Positions 9,176 through 16,787 of a stretch of DNA of 64,000 nt are shown one piece after another; position 1 is the first letter of the stretch; every line of letters begins with the position of its first letter. The stretch covers positions 96,001-160,000 of the forward strand of contig JBILLK010000013.1 of NCBI GenBank assembly GCA_044376115.1, written 5' to 3'. The notes beneath the pieces were generated by a model. It was not told the DNA's origin and ran no database searches. It worked only from the letters and a program-made list of their open reading frames with translations. The DNA comes from Polyangiaceae bacterium. Its GTDB lineage: Bacteria; Myxococcota_A; Polyangia; Polyangiales; Polyangiaceae. The position numbers and the translations under genes are program-made.

Positions 9176-9784
9176 TCAATCGTCGAGTTGCTGGCGCAGC
9201 GTCTCGATCTCGGTCCGGAGGGCGGCCTGCTCGGCTGCGTCGTTGGAGGACTCGAGGGCCTGGACGAGGAGCATGCCCTGGCCGCGGAGGTCGCCCCTCT
9301 TGGCCATGGCGCGCGCCATCGCACGCAAGACCGGCACCTTGTTGGCGTCGAGCGCGAGCACCTGCTGGAAGTAGGCCACAGCGTATTCGGGGCGCTCGAG
9401 TTCTTCGCCGTACCAGCGCGCTAGCAGGAAGCAGATTGCGATTTTGCGCGTCGGCTCCTTCTCGGCAGCTTCCCAGCCATTCACCGCTTGGATGAGCTCG
9501 GCCCAGCGGCCGGTACGCTTCGCGAGCGCCGCCAATTCACGATCGGTGGTCGGGTTGTCGACCTCGAGTTCCAACGCCACCAGCAGCGCGTCGAACGCTT
9601 GGTTGGGGTCGTCGAGCAGCGTGTCGAACACGCGGGCGATCTTGCACAATAGCTCGGTCTTCTCGCGCCCCGCCGCCCCCGCGTCGATGCGGCGGAGGTA
9701 GAGCTCGATGAGCTCCACGCCGTTACCAGCCTCCAGCAGCTGCTTCTCTTCGGCGAGGAAGGACGCATCGCTCGCGTTGCTCAT
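9176..9784 (-). CDS. TPR-like helical repeat protein (202 aa)
   Basis: YAVAYFQQVLALDANKVPVLRAMAR and NQAFDALLVALELEVDN are repeats typical of myxobacterial TPR proteins. Confidence 0.8.
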   Translation of the reverse strand: MSNASDASFLAEEKQLLEAGNGVELIELYLRRIDAGAAGREKTELLCKIARVFDTLLDDPNQAFDALLVALELEVDNPTTDRELAALAKRTGRWAELIQAVNGWEAAEKEPTRKIAICFLLARWYGEELERPEYAVAYFQQVLALDANKVPVLRAMARAMAKRGDLRGQGMLLVQALESSNDAAEQAALRTEIETLRQQLDD

Positions 9785-9804
9785 CGTGGGAGCGTAACCG
9801 AGCT

Positions 9805-9830
9805 TGGTTTATCGCAGGCCCCAATGTCAC
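9805..9830 (+). repeat. Family A half unit
   Basis: tggtttatcgcaggccccaatgtcac. Confidence 0.75.
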
Positions 9831-9840
9831 AGCCGCGCGC

Positions 9841-10258
9841 CTGCGACGTAACCGCCTGGAGCTGCGGCAGCCCCGCCGACTTGCTTCGCATCCTGCGACG
9901 TAACCTCCTGGAGCTGCGGTAGCCCCGCCGACTTGCTTCGCACCCTGCGACGTAACCTCCTGGAGCTGCGGCAGCCCCGCCGACTTGCTTCGCATCCTGC
10001 GACGTAACCGCCTGGAGCTGCGGCAGCCCCGCCGACTTGCTTCGCATCCTGCGACGTAACCTCCTGGAGCTGCGGTAGCCCCGGCGGTTAGTTCGCTAAA
10101 CGGGAGGGCTATTCGCTAGAAGGGAGGATTATTGGGAGGGGCACCGCGGCCAGCGCAGCAAATCTGGCCAATATCTAGGTAGCGTCGGGCGTCTGGGCTC
10201 GTCGAATGCGACGTAACCGGCTGGAGCTAGCGCAGCTCCCCCGAGCTACTTCGCATTG
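9841..10258 (+). repeat. 52-bp tandem array of the family B hairpin, followed by a full family B element
   Basis: ctgcgacgtaacc(g/t)cctggagctgcgg(c/t)agccccgccgacttgcttcgcatc units start at 9841, 9893, 9945, 9997 and 10049; core at 10166. Confidence 0.95.
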
Positions 10259-10395
10259 GGACGGCCCGGCTCTACCAAGTAAGCCTCGCCGCCTCGCGCC
10301 CGCTTCCGGCCGCCGGGCGCGACCGCTCCCAACGCGGGAGTGCCCCTACCAGAAGCAGTTGCGCCGAGTCGCGTGGCGATGACCTCGTTGTTTCG

Positions 10396-10701
10396 GTGGT
10401 CTGCGGGCCCAATCGCAAGAGCGCAAAGAAGCCGTCGGACGTCGTCGATAACTATCCCCCGACGCAGGTCTTTGTCTTCTATGAGGACAAAGACTCCGCG
10501 TCCGCGCTTCTTGCCAGCAAAGAGAAGTTTGAGAAGGCGGGCTGGCAAGTGGTTTTGGCGAAGTCGATTGGCGACGGCGAATCGACAGTGTTCGGCGCCA
10601 CGGCAACCAAAGACGGCACCACCATCGAGATCACAGTCAACCGCAACGATTGGGGGACGCAAGGTTCGTTCACGCTCGAGGAGCCCAAGCCGAAGAAGTA
10701 G
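10396..10701 (+). pseudogene. Probable 5'-truncated hypothetical gene
   Basis: Protein-like sequence (KEKFEKAGWQVV..ATKDGTTIEITV) with no convincing start or RBS; abuts the repeat array. Confidence 0.45.
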
Positions 10702-10820
10702 CTGCTGGTAATCGGGCAGCGGCCTTCATTCAGCGAGGCGGCTCGCATCGTCAATCGGCTTCCGCTGAGCCCTTCCCGCCTTCGGCGGAATAGGTTCGGC
10801 TCGAGGGGCGTACGGTCTCG

Positions 10821-11546
10821 ATGGTTCGGCGCGCTTCACTGCTGTGCGCGGTGGCGGTCTCGTCGCTTGCGGCTTGCTCCACCGCGGGCGACTCGAACAG
10901 CACGCGTGCCACGGCGAGCGGCCCCAGCGCGCAGGCCGCGCCCACCGGCTCGGCGAGCCCTGCTGTGCAATCAGCGCCGTCAGCGTCGTCCACCGGCTCG
11001 GCGAGTTCTGCTGCGCCGTCAGCGTCGCAGCGCAAGCTTCCGATCGTGAGCGACGTCGCGCTCCAGCCTGCTTCAGACCGGGCCTCTGCTCGTTGGCGTT
11101 CCTGCAGCAACATCGCCGTGCAGAAGTTCCCTCGCGTGCTCAAGCCGAATCAACGAGGGCAGTGCGTGATCCTGAAGGGCTTCTGGGGCTCGGGCGCGGC
11201 GCTGGTTCCGGAGCGGCGGGATGACGGCGAGGGCTTCCGTGTGCTGCGGCCCTTCTCCTTCGTAGACGAGCCGAACCCTTCGCTGGGCTCCCCGGAGTGG
11301 AGCGCGCTCACGGCGCTGCTCGTGGATCAAGGCTGGGTCGCCGAGAGCAAGGTCGATTCGGTGACCTGGTCGAAGACTCGCGACTTCGCGCAGCTGGTTG
11401 TGCTCGTGGGCGTGGTTTGGCCGGCCCCTCGCGAGGTGGAAAGGCTCTGGGAAGCGCTGAGTGAATGGAAGCTGCCAATCGATGACTCCGGACCGTACGG
11501 AGCGAGCAAGGCGCCGTTCGTGTTGGAGGAGCTGACAGCCGATTGA
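10821..11546 (+). CDS. Hypothetical lipoprotein
   Basis: LAA-C lipobox, Ser/Ala-rich linker, globular C-terminus. Confidence 0.75.
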   Translation: MVRRASLLCAVAVSSLAACSTAGDSNSTRATASGPSAQAAPTGSASPAVQSAPSASSTGSASSAAPSASQRKLPIVSDVALQPASDRASARWRSCSNIAVQKFPRVLKPNQRGQCVILKGFWGSGAALVPERRDDGEGFRVLRPFSFVDEPNPSLGSPEWSALTALLVDQGWVAESKVDSVTWSKTRDFAQLVVLVGVVWPAPREVERLWEALSEWKLPIDDSGPYGASKAPFVLEELTAD

Positions 11547-11585
11547 CCCTCGATTTCTGTCGAACGCGATGCTGTTTCCGACGTG

Positions 11586-12107
11586 ATGAAACCGACCAAG
11601 ATGCTGTTCGGGACGCGACTGAGCGGCACCACCAAAGGACCAGAAGTCGTTCGCACGAATCCCTTCACGGGTAAGCCCCTCAAACTCGCCTTGGAGGTGG
11701 TGAGTGAGGCGGAGGCCGAGGCCAGCAAGGGCGTCCTTACTCGCTATGGGGCCAAGCTCACGAAGGGCGTCTATCGGCTGAAGCTCGCGGACGGGACCAC
11801 GGTCGAAGTCGTGATGAGCGAAGAAGAAGACGACCCGGCGTGGACGGTAGCGTTCAGCGCGTTTCTCCAGGATCTGAGCGGCGAGGTGATGACCTTCCTG
11901 TTCGAACTCTGTTCCGCTGGCAACTTGTGCTTGGACGGAGACGATCTCGGGCTCGTGACGACTGCCCAAGCCATGGAACGAAGTGGAGCTCGAGGAGCTG
12001 CGCTCGCGCGGTCGCCCGAAGAGCTTGAGCGCGGGCTCAAGGAGGGCACGGTCGAGCCCAAGCCGAAGCGGAAGGCTCAGCCGCGTTCGCGCGCGAAGAA
12101 GCCGTGA
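11586..12107 (+). CDS. Hypothetical protein
   Basis: Coding-like codon usage; follows 10821-11546 on the same strand. Confidence 0.7.
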   Translation: MKPTKMLFGTRLSGTTKGPEVVRTNPFTGKPLKLALEVVSEAEAEASKGVLTRYGAKLTKGVYRLKLADGTTVEVVMSEEEDDPAWTVAFSAFLQDLSGEVMTFLFELCSAGNLCLDGDDLGLVTTAQAMERSGARGAALARSPEELERGLKEGTVEPKPKRKAQPRSRAKKP

Positions 12108-12150
12108 CGCGAGAAGCCACGTTGGTCGAGCCCAGCCTCGCTCGCTCGCT

Positions 12151-12252
12151 GGGGATCGAGGGTCGAACTGGACGTTTTGTTGAGAAAGGGCGCCGATCGG
12201 CCGGGGATGGGCGGCTGAATTCAACAAAACGTCCAATTCGAGGGCCCATCCC
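12151..12252 (+). repeat. Palindromic repeat family C (~100 bp)
   Basis: gggatcga..tcgaactggacgttttgttga-[37 nt]-tcaacaaaacgtccaattcga..cccatccc. Confidence 0.95.
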
Positions 12253-12334
12253 GGCGGACGCCAGGCCCACGGAATAGCCTGCTGGGCTCTCGCGTATGCT
12301 GCCTGCATGACTACCCGTTCGAGGGGCCGCGGCG

Positions 12335-12781
12335 GTGAGCGCGGCGCCGCTCGCGGCGGCCATCAAGGATGGGCTGTGTTGGGGATACTTCAGCGACGTG
12401 ACTGCGGAGAAGCTGGCGGCCTCGATGCAAACCTGCGCAAACGCGCTCGGCTCGACTGCGTTCGCGGTCTCGTTGCAGCTCTTGAAAGGTCAATGCACCG
12501 TCGAGGTCGGCGCCGGGCGCATCGGGGAGCGCGCCTTCGTCCGCACCGACGAGACGTACGCGACGCAAGTGATGGTTGGAGGCGGCGAGACGACGATGGG
12601 GGTCGGCTCCAAGCTCAATGCGTTCGAGCTGGCCGGCGACAAGCTCACGCCGCTCTTCAGCGGACAACCGTGCGACGCGCTCGACGATCCAAAGGTCGAA
12701 GTGATCGGGAGCATCTCGAAGCAGGCGCGCGATGAGTGGAAGACGTACCCGAAGGAGCTCAGGCAGTGGTTCTGTCAGTAG
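12335..12781 (+). CDS. Hypothetical protein, possibly 5'-truncated
   Basis: Strong GC bias at third codon positions; weak GTG start next to a family C element. Confidence 0.55.
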   Translation: MSAAPLAAAIKDGLCWGYFSDVTAEKLAASMQTCANALGSTAFAVSLQLLKGQCTVEVGAGRIGERAFVRTDETYATQVMVGGGETTMGVGSKLNAFELAGDKLTPLFSGQPCDALDDPKVEVIGSISKQARDEWKTYPKELRQWFCQ

Positions 12782-12838
12782 GGACGCTGGACGAGGAGCA
12801 AAGCGAGAGCGAGACGAGGAGCACGCGAGGACCATTCG

Positions 12839-12997
12839 GCCCGAGATGGTTTATCTCAGGGCGAAAGGGCGTGGTGCCGGGCGGCGATTGCATCCTCGGA
12901 GTGCGGCGCTATCTCGAGACCCGTAGAATTCGCGCAGGACACTGGGAGCTTGGGCGGAGGCCATGGCGCTTGGTGCCGGAGATAAACCATCTCGGGC
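12839..12997. mobile_element. MITE-like element with perfect 19-bp terminal inverted repeats
   Basis: gcccgagatggtttatctc (12839-12857) and its exact reverse complement gagataaaccatctcgggc (12979-12997); lies between convergent genes. Confidence 0.6.
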
Positions 12998-13138
12998 AGA
13001 AAGGGCGTGCGGCCGGGCCAGGAGGGCTCCGCATGCTCGAGGCCGAGGTGCACTTCAATCCTGGCGAGCCTCGCATCGTGGTCGAGCAACCGCGCGGCCT
13101 CGAGGGTTCGACTCTTGATGATCGTAACGACTGCGAGC

Positions 13139-13660
13139 CTAGCCGCCGTCCGACACGCGAGCGACGCCGCGCTCGTAGCGGACGCTGAGACCCCTCACCT
13201 CGGCCAGGCTAACGAGCGCGTCATAAGGCTCGACGTCGCGCAGTGTGACGGTCACCAGGCTCGAAGGACAATCCAGCACCAGGTTGAAGCGCCCGGCGTC
13301 GGAGAGCAAACGCGCCACGTCCTCGAACGGGGCGGCGCGCAAATCGAGCGATATGCGGGCCCGAGGCGGCGGACGCGTGGCATGCGTTGGCGGCTCGGCC
13401 GCAGCGATGCGCGTCGTTTCGAAGCTGCGAATGAGCGTGTCCGACTCGAACAGGCGCGTCGAACCGACGTCGCCCACCGCCTCGCCGAACGCGGGAGGTG
13501 AAGGAGGCGGGCCGGCCTCGCGGCGGGCGGGCCTCTCCCACTGCGAGCCGCGAGCGGTCAGCGGGTCGCCGTCCGCGAGCGCGCCCTCACGAGCGGTCCT
13601 CGCGGGAGCACAGCCCAGCGCGAACATCGGGAGGACGGCCAACACGAGCGGGTTCACCAC
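13139..13660 (-). CDS. Lipoprotein with a stand-alone secretin N0/STN-like domain
   Basis: ALG-C lipobox; RISLDLRAAPFEDVARLLSDAGRFNLVL..VTVTLRDVEPYDAL resembles the PilQ N0 domain; no secretin barrel. Start uncertain. Confidence 0.7.
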   Translation of the reverse strand: MVNPLVLAVLPMFALGCAPARTAREGALADGDPLTARGSQWERPARREAGPPPSPPAFGEAVGDVGSTRLFESDTLIRSFETTRIAAAEPPTHATRPPPRARISLDLRAAPFEDVARLLSDAGRFNLVLDCPSSLVTVTLRDVEPYDALVSLAEVRGLSVRYERGVARVSDGG

Positions 13661-13808
13661 AGCCAAGGATCGAACCCCATTTGCGGGTCGACGCCAAGCG
13701 ATCCCTCCCCTCGGTTCCTGTTCGTGACGCGGTGCACACCGCCTTCGAGCCCTCGCTTCGCGATCGAATGTGTCTTGCGAAATGTCCGCAACTGTAGGAG
13801 GAAGGGGC

Positions 13809-14810
13809 ATGTCAACCGTTGGTCAACAAGCCGCACTTGCGTTGATTCTGGGCGTTTCCGTCGGGGTTGCAGGCTCCTGTGGTGGGGAGGACGAGAGCAC
13901 GACCGATGAGGCGCCCAAGGTGATCCTGGAGCCACCGGCAGAAGGCGAGGGCTTTCAGATCAGCATGGAGATGACGGTTCCTGCGGGGACCGAAGCGTGG
14001 CGTTGCAAGATTGGCCGGCTGCCGGCGGGTGACTCGATCTTCCGCATCAACCGCGCTGAATCGCGCCAGACCGACAACATCCACCACATGGATGTGATGG
14101 CGCTCGCGTTGACGCCGATCGATCTCCCGGACGGGGAGTACGACTGCGCGCAAATCTACGAGGACAACCCGGTGCTGATGGAGGAAGGCATCTTCCTCTA
14201 CGCGAGCCAGATCGGTGAGCAGGTCATCCAACTCCCCGAAGGCGTGGTCGCGCCCGTACCGAGCGAGATGGCTTACATGCAGGAGATTCACTTCGTGAAC
14301 AGCTCGAACGAGGACGTGGACATCTACTCCTACCTGAACGCGTACACGATCCCCGCCGAGGAAATGAAGGCGTCGATCTGGGGTGGCGTCGTGCGCGACG
14401 CGCACATCAACATTCCAGCGGCGAGCGAGCACAGGGAGTGGAGCCGTTGCGTGATGAATGAGGACGTCGACGTGATCTTCCTCTCGTCGCATACGCATCA
14501 GCTCGGTCGCGAGGTCCGCGTGCGCCGCTTCGACGGCGAAGCCGCGGGCGAAGAGATCTACGTGAACAACGATTGGCACGCGCCGCAGCTCAAGGATTAT
14601 TCTCCTCCACTCAAGTTGAAGAAGGGCGAAGGCCTGGAGTTCGAATGCTTGTTCGACAACTCCACCATGGACGAAGTGAAGTGGGGCTTCGCCTCGACCG
14701 ACGAGATGTGCCAAATCGGGATCGTGCATACCCCCGGCTCGACGACCGCCAAGTGCGAGGTCGTCGAAACGAGCGACGGGGTGATCGACACCACCGGCGA
14801 AGGCGGCTGA
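13809..14810 (+). CDS. Copper type II ascorbate-dependent monooxygenase (PHM/DBH-like) lipoprotein
   Basis: HH(MDV), EIHFVN, SHTHQLG and DEMC supply both Cu sites; AGS-C lipobox; purine-rich RBS before the ATG at 13809. Confidence 0.85.
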   Translation: MSTVGQQAALALILGVSVGVAGSCGGEDESTTDEAPKVILEPPAEGEGFQISMEMTVPAGTEAWRCKIGRLPAGDSIFRINRAESRQTDNIHHMDVMALALTPIDLPDGEYDCAQIYEDNPVLMEEGIFLYASQIGEQVIQLPEGVVAPVPSEMAYMQEIHFVNSSNEDVDIYSYLNAYTIPAEEMKASIWGGVVRDAHINIPAASEHREWSRCVMNEDVDVIFLSSHTHQLGREVRVRRFDGEAAGEEIYVNNDWHAPQLKDYSPPLKLKKGEGLEFECLFDNSTMDEVKWGFASTDEMCQIGIVHTPGSTTAKCEVVETSDGVIDTTGEGG

Positions 14811-14838
14811 GCTCGGGAGCGGCGCCGTCCCTTCGAGT

Positions 14839-15120
14839 GCTCATAGCGGACGCTGAGACCCCTCAGCCCGGCCAGGCTGACGAGCGCGTCGTACGGCTCG
14901 ACGTCGCGCAGCGTGACGGTCACCAGGCTTGAAGGACAATCCAGCACCACGTTGAAGCGCCCGGCGTCGGAGAGCAAACGCGCCACGTCCTCGAACGGGG
15001 CGGCGCGCAAATCGAGCGAGATGCGCGCCCGAGGCGGCGGACGCGTCCGGCGGCTCGGCCGCAGCAATGCGCGTCGTTTCGAAGCTGCGAAGGGGCGTGT
15101 CCGACTCGAACAGGCACGCC
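14839..15120 (-). pseudogene. Frameshifted, 5'-truncated copy of the STN-domain gene
   Basis: Aligns to 13171-13460 with substitutions and a net ~8-nt deletion near 15048. Confidence 0.85.
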
Positions 15121-15160
15121 GGCCGCTCGCTGTGCGGAAGGGGCTCGACCATGCGGCCCC

Positions 15161-15261
15161 GGGGATCGACGCTCGAACTTACCGTTTTGTTGAGAAAGGG
15201 CGCCGATCGCCCGGGGATGGGCGGCTGAATTCAACAAAACGTCCACTTCGAGGTCCCATCC
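15161..15261 (+). repeat. Family C element
   Basis: Same arms and loop as 12151-12252. Confidence 0.95.
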
Positions 15262-15325
15262 TAAGGACGCCAGGCGCCCGGAGCTGCCGCAGCGCAGCTC
15301 GTCACAGTCATGCTATCCACGCCGC

Positions 15326-15793
15326 ATGCGCTCACAGCTCTTCGCCGTCGCCGGGTCGGTATGGTTCATCGCCGTCGCAACGTTCGCCTGCGGCAATGCT
15401 CCCTCGCCTGCCTCGATCCCAAGCGCGACGCCGGGCGCCGAATGCGCGCCCGAGACGTGTGGGCCGGCGCCGGGTATGCCGGCGATGGCCTGCCCCGACG
15501 GCTCGACCGGCAACACCGGGCGCTGCATCGTGCAAGCAGGCGGCGGCTGCGGCTGGGAGATCCGCGAATGCCCGAGCGCGGGTGCGGCGGCTCCCGGCGG
15601 CGAGTGCGTGCGCGGTGGATGCAGCGGCACGCTCTGCAGCGAGCCCGGCAACGACATGGTGACCACCTGCGAGTGGAAAGCCGAGTACGCCTGCTACCAG
15701 AAGGCCGAGTGCAAACGGCAGACGGGCGGCGCCTGCGGCTGGACGAAGACACCCGAGCTCGACGCCTGCCTTGCGAACCCGCCGAAGGAGTGA
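15326..15793 (+). CDS. Cys-rich lipoprotein (eight-cysteine-cluster-like domain)
   Basis: TFA-C lipobox; CVRGGCSGTLC...TTCEWKAEYACYQKAECKRQTGGACGW. Confidence 0.8.
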   Translation: MRSQLFAVAGSVWFIAVATFACGNAPSPASIPSATPGAECAPETCGPAPGMPAMACPDGSTGNTGRCIVQAGGGCGWEIRECPSAGAAAPGGECVRGGCSGTLCSEPGNDMVTTCEWKAEYACYQKAECKRQTGGACGWTKTPELDACLANPPKE

Positions 15794-15803
15794 GCGCGCC
15801 GCC

Positions 15804-16545
15804 GAGCGACGTAACCGCCTGGAGCTGCGGTAACACCCCGGCGCTACTTCGCTAAAGGCGCGCACGAGCGACGTAACCGCCTGGAGCTGCGGTAGCCCCC
15901 CTGGGCTACTTCGCTAAAATGGAGGGTTAACCCGCTAAACGGGAGGGTTCTGTCGCTAAAACGGGAGGGCAGCGCAGCAAATCTGGCCAATATCTAGGTA
16001 GCGCCGCGTATCTGGGCCCAACCAATGCGACGTAACCGTCTGGAGCTAGCGCAGCTCCCCCGGGCTACTTCGCTAAAGACGCGCCCGAGCGACGTAACCG
16101 CCTGGAGCTGCGGTAACCCCCCCGGGCTACTTCGCTAAAGACGCGCACGAGCGACGTAACCGCCTGGAGCTGCGGTAACCCCCCTGGGCGACTTCGCTAA
16201 AGGCGCGCACGAGCGACGTAACCGCCTGGAGCTGCGGTAACCCCCCTGTGCTACTTCGCTTAAATGGAGGCTTAACCCGCTAAACGGGAGGGTTCTTTCG
16301 CTAAACGGGAGGGCAGCGCAGCAAATCTGGCCAATATCTAGGTAGCGCCGCGTATCTGGGCCCAACCAATGCGACGTAACCGTCTGGAGCTAGCGCAGCT
16401 CCCCGGGGCTACTTCGCTAAAGACGCGCCCGAGCGACGTAACCGCCTGGAGCTGCGGTAACCCCCCGGCGCTACTTCGCTAAAGACGCGCGCGAGCGACG
16501 TAACCGCCTGGAGCTGCGGCAACCCCCCGGCGCTACTTCGCTAAA
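15804..16545 (+). repeat. Compound family B array: ~9 hairpin units of ~60-62 bp and two core segments
   Basis: gcgacgtaaccg units at ~15804, 15866, 16027, 16087, 16149, 16211, 16371, 16431 and 16493; cores at 15985 and 16329; between convergent genes. Confidence 0.95.
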
Positions 16546-16587
16546 AAGGCGCCCGGGCGTCGCGGCCCTCAACCCAGGAGCAGCCTT

Positions 16588-16689
16588 GGGGATCGACGCT
16601 CGAACTGGACGTTTTGTTGAATTCAGCCGCTCATCCCCAGCCGATCGGCGCCCTTTCTCAACAAAACGTCCAATTCGAGCTCCCATCCC
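16588..16689 (+). repeat. Family C element with inverted interior
   Basis: Outer arms as at 12151, but the loop 16621-16657 is the reverse complement of the usual loop. Confidence 0.9.
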
Positions 16690-16692
16690 TGC

Positions 16693-16750
16693 GCCCTCCC
16701 CGCCTGCGGCCGCCCTCCCCGCCTGCGGCCGCCCTCCCCGCCTGGACCAC
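16693..16750. repeat. 19-bp tandem repeat (gccctccccgcctgcggcc, two full copies and a partial third)
   Basis: Units at 16693, 16712 and partial 16731. Confidence 0.8.
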
Positions 16751-16787
16751 CCTCCCCTCGCCTGCAACGCCCTCGCAGCAGCTGGCC

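Noticed and set aside
9841..10100. 52-bp periodic array as a CRISPR
   Set aside because: Units are near-identical along their whole length, with no unique spacers and no cas genes.
11073..12308. Long alternative-frame ORFs (e.g. 11073-12308, 17028-18347, 44202-45311, 47138-48259, 59359-60372)
   Set aside because: Arg/Ala/Pro-rich antisense or off-frame shadows of well-supported genes, as expected in high-GC DNA.
15804..16545. 62-bp periodic array as a CRISPR
   Set aside because: Inter-repeat sequences are themselves repeated, and the array is built from family B parts found elsewhere.
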